A program made the position numbers and the translations under genes. From the NCBI RefSeq assembly GCF_002105155.1, contig NW_019028990.1:186001-250000 (forward strand): DNA of 64,000 nt. The letters are read 5' to 3'. Shown here piece by piece: positions 25,974 through 38,000 of this stretch (positions are counted from its first letter, which is position 1; each line of letters begins with the position of its first letter). The notes beneath the pieces were generated by a model that ran no database searches, was not told the origin of the DNA, and was given only the letters and a program-made list of their open reading frames with translations. The stretch comes from Lobosporangium transversale (lineage: Eukaryota).

Positions 25974-26232
25974 GCCAATTACTATGCCTCAAAGACTGCT
26001 TCTACTAGTTCTAAACGATCTAATAGTGCTCTCTCAAGATCATCTAACTCTTAGAAGAGTTCACCTTTGAGTTGAGACAAAACTTGTAATTGAAATGAAA
26101 TGCCAATTTATTTTATTTTTATTTTTTATTTTTACTTTAATGAGATGTAGTTCTATGGAACATGCATGGTGAAGGCAATAAATGGATGTTTTTTTATAAG
26201 TGATTAAGGTTGTTGTTGTCATCGTTGTTTTT

Positions 26233-26759
26233 TCAACGTCTCTTATATTTCTTGGTACTTTTGAAGGCCTTGTTACCGCGTAACTTGCCCAATTTGCCGC
26301 TACGACTCTTTCCTTTATCATCTTTTCTATCCTTGCCTCCAAACTTGGATCCTGACCCTCCAAGTTTTTTGACTGCGCCTTGCTTTGATGTATCACCCAA
26401 ATCTCGACTAAAATCAACATCCTTCTTTTTCTTTTTCTTCTTCTGGTCTTGCGGGGGTTTTGGCCCCGTCTTTTCTGGCGCCAACTTGGGGATCTTGGCA
26501 GGCTTGAGTGCTTTCTTTGCTGACTTGATAGATTTTACATGTGAATTTATGTCTTTATGATCCTCTTCGGTCAATTGGAGACGTCTTCTCTTGGCTCTAG
26601 ACATGCCTGCAAAGCGGTCTCGCTTAGGCTCTTCTTTTGCTTTTCGCTTCTTGGGATCATTTAATGCAGCCTTGCCTGCGTCTATAATATTTTACACAGT
26701 AATAATAATGATGAGGAAGCCATGGTAGCGATAGAATAAAAAATTATAAAAAAATAAAA

Positions 26760-26797
<38 letters not shown>

Positions 26798-29465
26798 TGC
26801 TGCCTGTTTCTTTTCTTCTGTCGTCTGGAACCATGTCTTGGCAGGCCTGCTGTAGATCTCGCTCTCATGCTTCAACAAGTTATCACTTTTCCTCATCTCC
26901 ATCTCTGCTTGCCGCAAAGCCTTATCTTCCTTCTCCTCTGCCATAATCTCCTTCACACTCTCAGTCAAGCCCTCTACACGCTCACGATAGCGCGTAATGA
27001 CATCTTGAGGGATCACACGATGCTTCAACAACTTCTTATCTGCATTCTTGATTGCCATTTTTAATAGCTTGCGATCGTTCTCTCCTGCAAGTGTGACAGC
27101 ACGACCATTTCTTCCTGCACGGGCTGTACGACCCACACGATGTTGATAGATGGCATAATTTTGGGGCATATTAAAGTTGATGACCGTATCAATTCCTTTG
27201 ATATCCAAACCACGGGACGCTAGATCTGTTGCCAACAAAAAGTCCACGCGCTCATCCCTAAATTCTTCTAGTGCTGCTAAACGTTGCTCCTGTGTCAAGT
27301 TTCCGTGCAATTCTGCGGCTCGTAGGCCCATCAGGCCAAAAATGATCTTCATTTGATGAGCTGCAGCTTTGGATCTAAAGAAGATGATGACACGATGCTT
27401 AAATGTACGTGAACATAATGCTAACAGTACTGCAGGTCGATCTTCCTCACGATGTTGACGGATACGGACAAATTCCTGTGTCAATCGAGCAGCGGTTGCA
27501 TTACTGGAGTCAATCTGAAGACGAACTGGTCGATTGAGCGACATACGAATCAATTCATCCACATTATCGGTCATTGTGGCCGAAAATAACATGGTCTGGC
27601 GGGATTGTGGACAAGCCTTGACAATCTCTGTCAACTCAGCTGAGAAACCGTCTTCCAACATACGATCGGCTTCATCCATAATCAAAATGTCGATATGATC
27701 CAATGTAAATGAGCGTGAGTTAAGAATATGATCGATTAAACGACCAGGTGTAGCAATCAAGACGTCAGGACGGGTACGAAGTTGCATCTCCTGAGAATTA
27801 CGAGACAAACCACCTATTTATGAATGTTTCAAAAAAAACATATATGTATAAAAAACATGTTAGTTTCTAATACTTGGGGAAAAAGAAAATTCAAAAACAT
27901 CCTGAGAAATACAAGTCTTACCAACACAGAGTCCAAAAGTTATATCTGTAAAGCTAGCAAGCTTTTGGGCAACGCTGTGACATTGAATGGCCAACTCACG
28001 AGTTGGACAAAGAATCAAGACTCGAGAAGTAGGGGTTTGTCTGGATCTGTACATCAAACGTTCCAGCACTGGGACAATGAAGGCAGCTGTCTTTCCTGAA
28101 CCAGTGACTGCACCACCACAAATATCTTTACCCATCAATGCCACAGGAATGGTCCTTGCTTGAATTTGAGTAGGTTGGACAAATCCGACTTGTGCTAATC
28201 CTTTCAAAATTGGACGTGAGAGATTCATTGTCGCGAACGTCTCTGCAACTTCAACAGGGGTATCTGACTCTGGTGCAAAATATGCTTTCTTGCGCTAATT
28301 CGTTATCAGCAAAAAAAAAAAAAAAAAAAAAAAAAAGGAAATTAGTTTTCCCTTCGCTTGTTTGTCATGTCGCTTGTTTGTCATGTTGAGTGAATGGACA
28401 GATTTGAAGCTTTCGTCTTGACCAAAAATTACTGATACTAACCTCTTTCTCAAACTCTGTTTCTTCTTTCTCGTCATCACTATCACTTTCTTCTTCTGAT
28501 TCCTCCTCTTCTGATTCTGAGTCTGACCCTGACTCTGCTTCTGATCCTTCGCTTTCATCCTCGAATTCAGCTTCTTCAGCCTCTTCATCTTCCAATCCTG
28601 CATCTTCATCGCGTCCAGCACCAAAGCCTTCTTCTTCATCTTCATCATCATCTTCTTCGCCAAATTCAATGCCTTCCATGTCATCATTTCCTTCCTCATC
28701 TTCGTCCGAATCAGGTGCCTCTTGAAATTCTATGATATGATATAGTGTTTATGTACATTATAATCAAAATAAATAAAAAAAGAGAGTAATATTGTTAAAA
28801 AATGTGCTTTGATAGTCAATTTCTTCAAAACGGAACAAATAGTTGCAAAGTAGTGACAACATGAGCAATGGATTTGTAGAGATCAAGGCAAAAAAAAAAA
28901 AAAAAAAAATTACCACTCTCATCATCTTCATGAACCTCCTTCTCTTCTTCAATAGGTTTTACAACCTTTCCAGACTTCTTGGCTTTGACCTGTGCTCGTT
29001 TCCTTGCAATTATATCATCTAGACTCATTCCGGGTTGCATCTGTATAAAGTAAGAGGAGGTAAAAAAAAGAAACAATTGATATGTTTAAATCAAACTCCA
29101 TCAATTAGACCCTTGGAGATGAGAAACTCCCCTCCTCTTCTCATCCTTGTGATTGATAAATAGTAATTAATATTTATAAAAAGAAGGGTTACCTCATCCT
29201 GTGCTCGGAGAGCTGCTCGAGCTGCTGTAAAGTCCCAATCATGATGTGCGCCCATATGTCCACCTCCATCAGCATCAAATGAAAAGGTTGGATCGAGATC
29301 GCCTGTGTCTTTCTTAAAGTTATTTCCGTTTTTTTTACCCTTGGCTCCTTTCTTTTTATTAGTCTTCTTTGTGACAACTTCATCCTCCTGGTCAAGTTCC
29401 TCTTCGTCCAAGAAGGGGACTGACTCATCGTCGTCATCAATTGTCATTACAAAGTCGCTCGACAT
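26233..29465 (-). CDS. DRS1: DEAD-box RNA helicase DRS1/DDX27; exons 29465-29193, 29040-28914, 28729-28443, 28294-27922, 27813-26797, 26681-26233
   Basis: [51 protein letters not shown], and C-terminal [10 protein letters not shown]. The N-terminus is acidic. Confidence 0.95.
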
Positions 29466-29584
29466 GTTGTTACTGAAATGAAGGGGGAGCAGAAGGAGTT
29501 GTCTTTTCTTTTTTTTTTTTACTGTTAGTAAATATTGTTTATTGTGACTGTCTATTGACACCGCAATTTCATTTAAGGGCGGTA

Positions 29585-30343
29585 TCAAATTCCATAACCT
29601 TTTCGGTCTTGACCCTTTTGTTGATGCTTGTAGACACCGCTCTTGCCGCCTGTCTTCTCCAGGACTTTGATCTCGCCTATGACCATATCCTTTCCTACAG
29701 CCTTGCACATATCAAATACTGTCAGAGCCGCCACTGTCGCCCCTGTCAATGCCTCCATTTCCACCCCTGTATTACCCATACACGCCACCTTGCTTTCGAT
29801 CTCTACTCGACCACCTCTTAATCCGTGCTTGTCTACATTATTACTACTATAACTACTACTATTTCTCCTGCTCTTGCCACTATCCATATCAGTATGGTTA
29901 GTGTCGTCAATATCTTCCACCAACTTCAGTTCTACAGACACATGAGTCAACAGCAATGGGTGACATAGAGGTATAAGATTTGATGTTTGCTTAGCTGCTT
30001 GAATCCCCGCAATCTGGGCCACAGTCAGAACATCTCCCTTTTTATGTCCATTACGCTTCAATAGATCAAATGCAATTGCTGGTAACCAAATCGATGATAC
30101 TGCAGTTGCAGTTCTATGAGTCGCAGGCTTGTCCGTCACTGATACCATCGACGCCTTTCCCGTCTCTGGATCTGTATGCGTCAACTGAGGTTCAACTCCA
30201 GATTGAGTTTGATTTGCGGAAGAAGAGGAAGAAGAAGAGGAAGAGGAAGAAGTGAAGGGAGGAGTACTAAAAGAAGAAACGGATGTGTGGAAAGTACGAG
30301 TGCAATTGTGTACTGATCTAAGCCCATTTAAACTCAAAGCCAT
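29585..30343 (-). CDS. moaC: Standalone molybdenum cofactor biosynthesis protein MoaC (cPMP synthase, MOCS1B/Cnx3-like), intronless, with a presequence-like N-terminus
   Basis: LTH...GKASMVSV, KKGDVLTVAQIAGIQAAKQTSNLIPLCHPL, TGVEMEALTG, FDMCKAV, EKTGGKSG. Confidence 0.93.
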   Translation of the reverse strand: MALSLNGLRSVHNCTRTFHTSVSSFSTPPFTSSSSSSSSSSSANQTQSGVEPQLTHTDPETGKASMVSVTDKPATHRTATAVSSIWLPAIAFDLLKRNGHKKGDVLTVAQIAGIQAAKQTSNLIPLCHPLLLTHVSVELKLVEDIDDTNHTDMDSGKSRRNSSSYSSNNVDKHGLRGGRVEIESKVACMGNTGVEMEALTGATVAALTVFDMCKAVGKDMVIGEIKVLEKTGGKSGVYKHQQKGQDRKGYGI

Positions 30344-30817
30344 CAATGCAGATTCAGATCCAGATTGAACAATAGTCTTTCCAGATCTGATATTCCTTGA
30401 TGTCTACGGTAGATAGTATTTGAAGTATAAAAGGAGGGTGTAAGCCAATCAGTCAAGGCCGTTATACTTCCAAGAACGGGGTTAATATGGGCTTATTAAT
30501 GCGTGTAAAAAAAAAAAAAAAAAAAAAAAAAGAACGGTGCTTGCTCAAGTATAGTTCTGACGTACCTGTGATAGTAATTGTTGGGCTAATTCATTGGAAT
30601 AAGCCCCATTGAATGGAATCCGGATGAGCATGCGCAGGCAGACCATGTTTGCGAATGAAAGTAAGAAATGAGTCAGGCAAAGAGTAAAGGGATTAGCTTT
30701 AATCTATGAGCAGACGTGGCTGGGTGAGCACAAAAAAAGTGGAGCCTTGTTTTACTCCACATATCATGTTTATTTTTATATCCTGCAGGAATGATGGGTG
30801 CTATATAATAACAAGCG

Positions 30818-33800
30818 CTATTTATTCCTCTTGGCACGCAAGAACCCTGTTGGGCCACATGTGTAGTAAAAGTCGTCCGTGGGCATAATTTGCGCCACAC
30901 CATACGCCTTGATCTATTAAGTATGAATTTAACGTGTCTTTAGTCGTGGAAGGGATCTGTATCACAAGCCAAATAAACAATGTATTTGCAGTTGCAAAAA
31001 AAAAAAAAAAAAAAAAAACTTACAGGGATACGATCAAATGTTTGGAACTGGAACCGATTTCTAGCTTGAAGATTGCTAAACGACGACAATTGCTCAAATG
31101 TTTCTAAATCCCAGACCTTTATAAAAAAAAAAAGGAAGGAAAAGCAGTAAATATTAGTAAGAAAATGTTAACGAGGTATACTAAAGTAATGGTCTATTTG
31201 CCTCACTTTACCTTCATATCACCCTCTCCGCCGCCAGAGCAAAGTGTCAATCCTGCTTCATCAATACTTAATGATCGAACATGCATATCATGAGCTTGGA
31301 TCGTATGCAGTAGTTTTGAATGCCGAATATCAAAGATACCTAGTTATCGATGTTTAAATAAATATTATAAAAGAGTGAGGCACACAACACAGACTCAAAA
31401 GAATAAAAATAAATAATAGAAAAAAAGACAAAGCTTACAAATTTGACCATTGCGTCCTCCAGACACTAAGAGCTGATGCCTCTTTGAAAACGCCAATGAA
31501 TATCCGCCTTGATCATGGACCTTATACGACTGTGTCAATGCTTTGTTTTGTGGTAAAAGTGTATCCCAGATGGCGAGATTTTTTCCATCTCCTGACGTCC
31601 CCGTCGTTGCGATTATACTACTCGATCCTAAGAAGGCAAAGTCCCGTGTAATCTTATCATGACAATTCATCGTCAAGAAGGGTTTCGAGCCCACAGTGTT
31701 GGAATCAAATCTCCAGAGGTGCAGATCTCCATTAATATCTGTCGCTCCAAACTTTTGGCCACATGGGTCAAAGTGCAGCCTATTTACGGGCCGAAGCATT
31801 TAACAAAAATAAAAAATAAAAAATAAACGAGAGTTCACAACCAGTTATGCATCCACCCTTCTAGAAAGAGGCAAGTTCACTATACCTGATCACTCTAGAG
31901 TTTGTTCCAGTATAATTATTGAGTTCCTTTGGCTGACCAAACTGCCAAAGCGCCACACACGGGTATCCTAGTGCTGGATTGTGGCCAGTCAAGTAGAGTG
32001 GGAAACTAGGATGGCTCTCAGCGCAAGTTGCCACCACGTCTGTCCGAACCATGACATTGTCTACTTCATTGGGCTTTGCCCCTGTACCGGAGCCAACAGG
32101 AACTGATCCTTGTGAACGGCGAAGATTAGCATCTGTAACTGCTTGTGCAAGGCCGTGAGAATGAGGATGCAGAGGATCGTGTGAATGGCCATGATGTTTG
32201 CCGCCTCTCGAGAAAAGGCTCTTGAACATATTATGTATGCCAGTATGACTTTCTGTTCGGCTGACATTTTCTTCTGAGCTCTCTGTAGGAACTAAACTTG
32301 GCGCTTTGGAACTGTTCGTAGGCCGCTCGATAACGTTACCATGTGCATCCAGGAAATCCCTCTCATCCAGGTCTATCTCTTCTTCGTCATCCAAATCCAT
32401 CACTGAGTCTATGTCACTATGGTATGAATCTGAGCTACTTATTGAGCGCGAAAAATCCAATGCCTTCGAAATATCAATTTCAATAATATCAGAACGCGAG
32501 CAGACAGCTACGATGCGACGTTCTACAGGATTGAAAGCAAAAGAGTGGATGACAGACCGAGTCTTGAACAGTAATGAGATGTCTTCAATAGGAACAGGAG
32601 GCGAGCTCTGGCCCTGACGGTGGGATTCCAAGAACGTAGCGACTTGGGGCAGTAAATGACCGCCACTCTCTAGACCGCTTAAAAGGACCCAGTACTTCTT
32701 TTGCCATCCACTCAGATATCCACGCAGGTGGTCTTGAAGTGGGGACTGCTTTATCATCTGGATCACATTTTGCTCCTGTTCAATACCAGACCTGGTGAGT
32801 CGATCCAGGAAAGAACTGGTAACGAATTTTCGAGTTTCATCGGACATTCTGTGCCCATGGTCTCGCAGTAAGCCTTCCAAACTCATGACTAATGCATTGG
32901 TCGTTGCAGCATTCAGCAGAGACCCCTGAAGGGCCTCCCACTCGGATTTCTCCCCATCATGGTCTGAAGAAATAGCACTAACATCCAGTGGCTAGCGGGG
33001 GGTTTTTTTTTAAGAATTGAACAGTCAATACTCAATTTTTTTTTTTTTTAAAGCCCTATATAGTGCGATGATATTTCAAACACTTACCGAATAAAGTTTC
33101 CCACTCAGTACTTCATAGATAACTTTGACAGCTCCACCTCGGTCCCCAACAACAAATCCACTGAACCGCCGCCACTGGAAAAGCATAGCTGCCAAAGAAG
33201 CATAGTCTTGTTCTTGCAAAGATACAACCACAAGCATAATATAGCTCGCCAGAACCATTTGTTCCCATCGAGGTAACGCTTTCTTCGGTTTTATCACAAT
33301 CTTGGCCAAATTAAACCATTCACTCGATGACTCTAGAACACTCCTAAAAAAAAGAAAAAGCGACAAAACAGAGACATCAACGCGTTTTTCTCTCTTTCTT
33401 TGCTCACATTGCTTTTTTTTTTTTTTTTTTTTTTTTTTTCGACATTTAGACCAGCCACCAGCATTCTCCTACCTGGCATATTCCTTAATATGTGCCTTCA
33501 TACTTCCTGTCAGTTGTTCTGAAAGAATGATTCCTACCATAGAATAACATGACTCAGAATAATGTGATACGATGGCGGAAATAGGAGATCCTGTACTCAT
33601 TGTTGTGTTAAGCCAGTGGAAACACACAGGGAGAGTATCAATCTCAATGCATTTGGAGATTAAGGCCTGCTCCATGACAACACTGGAGACATTAGCATGC
33701 TCCGACAGCTTGTCCCAGCCATATTTGATGTTCTCAACGTATCCTTTGAACACTGGTGTTGACAACAGCTCAGGCTTTAAAGACACGGTCCGCAGTGCGG

Positions 33801-35047
33801 ATGCCATAGGCTAAAATGAGAATGGAAGGATTATATTAAAACATCAAGATTAGCCATTGAGCTAACAAAGCAGAAATCACCACTATCCATTAAAGAAAGC
33901 TTACGGTTAAAAGCTGCACGACGAGGGTGGTTATATAGTCATTAAGCAATTCCTCACTGCCTCGAATCCTATCATTGTTTGATATTGCATCATCAGCATC
34001 ACAGCAGCCGTTAGATTGAGTCGGACCGTTGCCTGGAGGTAAAGAGTCTGCAGAGATGTCCTCTGCTTTATCTTTGGGCGTTTTTAAACCGCGAGACTGA
34101 GCCATGGATCCAAAAGTATCGAAATCAAGCATCCCACTATCAATATTGCCATTTGATGAGGTCGATTTAAAACCTCCCATAAGCGACATCCCCACAGGCT
34201 TTGACGTTGAATCAGGTGTTTGGTTGTTCTGCTTATTAGTAGTAGAACCGAAATTGTCAAAGTCTAAAATACCAGTATCGATTTGCAATGATGGGGTCGA
34301 GGATTTGTTTGCACCCATCAGGGACATCCCTGTAGACTTTGGCTGCGCCTCTATTGCTTCTTCTTTCTCTTTTTTGGGGGTAGAGCCAAAGTTGTCAAAA
34401 TCAAGTATACCGCTGTCTATATTACTGGCGGACGATGTCGACTTGAATCCCCTCATCAAGGACATTCCTGTAGATTTTGGAGACACAGCTGTTGCTTGGC
34501 CATTCTGCTTTGTTGAGAGTGGTCCGAAGCTTTCAAAATCAGCAGTGCTGCCGTCATAATTTGGTGTAGGGTTTGGGGATTTGGATGTACCCATTAATGG
34601 CGTTCCATGGCCATTTTCTTTCCTGGATTCATTGTTGTCAAATTTAAAAGCGTCAAAGCTCAAGATGCCACTATCCATCACTGTGGAGGCTTCTGGTGAT
34701 TTGAAGCCTCCCATGAAGGAAGATGTACTTGTTGAGTGTGAAAGGCCGTGAATACTTTCTCTACGGACCTCCATGATGGTCCTGACTTCCTTCGTGTGTT
34801 TACTTCTGGGACCAACGGGCATAACGTAGCCCCAATGCTTCAAAATGATCAAACTGAGCAAAGGGCAACCATAATGCTCATATGCCTCAGCAGCACGCAC
34901 CACTGCCGAGAACTCTCCATCGCCATCATAAACTGATGCATTAGGGGTAACTTTACGGAGATAGCGATATAAGATCAAAAGTGAAGGGTCTCTATGTGGG
35001 CGAGCCTCGGTGCTACTTGGCGAGCCTTCATCGGTATCCTCGCACTG

Positions 35048-35084
<37 letters not shown>

Positions 35085-38000
35085 CATGAGAGTGCTTGAA
35101 AAAGTCTCTTTTCTTTGCTTGTCTGTATGATCATCAAGAGAGTAGTTACCAAGGCCACGCGCATGGCCTTCGTATTTTGGCCCAACATAGAATAATACAA
35201 GCTGAGCAGCCATGGATCCTTAGTAGTTCTGAGCAAACCTAGCAACAACTGGGTTAATACAGGTCCTCGCTCCTCTAATAATTATAACAACCACGAGTCA
35301 GTTTAATAGCCTATTGCGTAAATAAGTATTCATAGCAAAGAACAAGGCTGAGGTGATAGCAACTCACCCGGCTCATACACTCGGCAGATTGCAATTGCCA
35401 ACTGAAAATCATTCAGTTGCTTAATGCAAACGTTGACCGCATCTTGCAACCTATCTCCAAGTAAGAAAAATGCAGCGGCATACTCTTTTGTAATTTTTAA
35501 AAACATATTCAAAGATGTATTTTCAGGGCATTAATTACGCTTTCCAAGCCCAAGAAAATATCCTAAAGATGGAATATTGGCTATTAAACTTACCAAATCG
35601 CTGTTTTCCAAGGAGAGCAAAAGCATTTTTGAGGGCTGCAGTTCTCCATCGATCCTGCTCAAAGTCGTTTGCTAAAAAAGCTATCATCTTACTTTGCTCT
35701 GGATTCCCATGTGCCGTTCTCCAAAGCCCATGCAACAGTTTCTTCTTCCTTAAGGCGATATAGAACAGAGTACATGCGACAGGGTCTTTATCATCTTTGC
35801 CCATATACATGTTTCTAGCAATCACTTCCATTTGCTTAAGCTGTTCATACAATAATGTCAATTATTAATGTCTCTGGTTTGTAAGGAAAATTAATATAAA
35901 CAAAATAAAAAAGCTATACGGAATCATTGTTACCATTGTCTCTTTCTTGCGCATCCAAAGGAAAATTCCAAGTGACTTCGCCTCCGTCCAAGTCATAGGG
36001 GCCTTCAAGGAATTGGAACAAAAGTCTAGTAATAGGTCCTATTGATTATATACGCATTAGCGGCTTCCATGATATTGGCTTTTATACTCCCGAGATCAAC
36101 TTTTACAGCAAGTAACAAGTAATAGCAATGGTATGCACATTACCTGAGATTCACTGTGAAATGCCCATACGATATCGCGATAATTTAGCATAGTTAGACG
36201 TTGGTTTGGAGGCAAAGTGTAAGAAAGGTAGTTGAACCTTCGCACAAAGATAAGGAACCGCAATCCGTTGTCATCAACTGAGTGATGCTGCTGGTCAATC
36301 TATCATTGAATGGAGAACGGGCGTGAGTTTTTTCTTTGCTTTTTATATCACAGATGTGTAAGCACAACGCCGATGAAAGGGAGCTGTAGTCTGATACGGC
36401 CTTTTTTTTTTTTTTTTTTTTTTTTTTTGTTCAATACTTACTTTAGTAAATCCCTCGATGAAAGCGCTCAAATGCAATTGAGCAGCCTTGGAAAGGCCTA
36501 CCAGGTGTACTTTTGTCAAGAATTCAATCATATCTCGGCTAGTACGGTCGTTCAAGAACCTATCCTCGTTTGCGCTATTAATTATTGAGGATATAGGAAA
36601 TGGGTCATTAAAATACAAATCTTAGATTATAACAGTCTATATGCCCAATACAAGTCTTACGAAAGCCTACCTTTTATAGTCGTCGTCAGTCATGAATAAA
36701 TCATTATGGTCCGCCTTCACCGGCTTTGCTGCCTAAAAGTATTTATATATTCAGGTAAAAGAGGAAAAAGAACCTTAGTGTCAGGATCTTGTTTCTTTAA
36801 TTTAGATTTCAGTACTTACACCGAAAAAACAGCGCTTACCACATCCGTTTTCAGGATGACTTCTAAAGGAATTGGCAAAGGGCCAGTGGTGGTGTCTCCA
36901 CTGTCATTCACATAGCTCATATAATGGTAAAGGTTGAATAAGATCTTTCTGACAACCTCAAATTTACCTAGAGTATTGCATGGATCAAGCTAATTAATGC
37001 GCGGACTTCAAAAAAGAAAAAAAAAATGGGCAGTCGAACAGACACGTTACCCCAAAGAAAAAACTCCATTAAGAGATCAGGATGATAGTCCACCAGAGGA
37101 CCATGCATTGAAGACAATGCGTGATGAAGAGTTGGAGCCAAGTTTAACTCTTCAAAGCCAGGAGCGATGGTCATGTAATCCTCGCTGAGCCATTTGCTGT
37201 ACAGAAGCATTGTCCCCCCAGCACCAACGGCCAGTGTACCCATATCCAACCAAGCAATTGCTGAGATAGGATGATTAATAAACGCTGGGATGTTGATGTC
37301 GAGGAATCGCATCCAGATAGGCGGGTCGGTTACGTTCTCAGTACGCTGAGGTGAATACAGAGCTACAGAGTTTTTGAAGGCTACTGCTAGGTTATGCCGT
37401 GCATCCGCTGTGACCATCCAATCCAATCCATAGATCGGTGCTAATCCCGCGAACCTGATCTCCAGGTGACCTGTGGCCCTCCCTCCAACGGAGCCCCAGA
37501 TCTCAAGATCATGTGTTCCATTATTGTTAGCGTACACTATCAAGCAGTCAATGAATATGTCAGTTCGGCATAATGTCGATCAACTACTTACAAAACAAAA
37601 TAAAGGGTTTGCTCACCTAGGGCTAGTTTGCCATTTGCGCCGCATTGGAAGAACTCTAGGTTTTGTTTGGTGGGAATACGCTCCGCTCGTTGCCAAACTC
37701 GTCCTCCTTTATGAAGATGAAAGTCATTGGCACACTCCCAGTAGGATATATTCGCTTGATCTTTGGAGTACGTAGCAAAGACATTGACATGAGTAGAGTG
37801 AAGTGACTTTGGAAGAGTACCTGCAAACGATTCTACAGTAACTGCGTGCTCGGTCCGCGATGGGGGTAGATGCTCTTTTGAAAATAGAATAGGATTCCCT
37901 CCATCTGTCCGTTGCCATGTAAATACTGTATTATCCGTTGTACTAAATCCTAGAATGTATCGCCTCCATGCAACATCAGTCGTCTTTCCCGAAGATCCCG

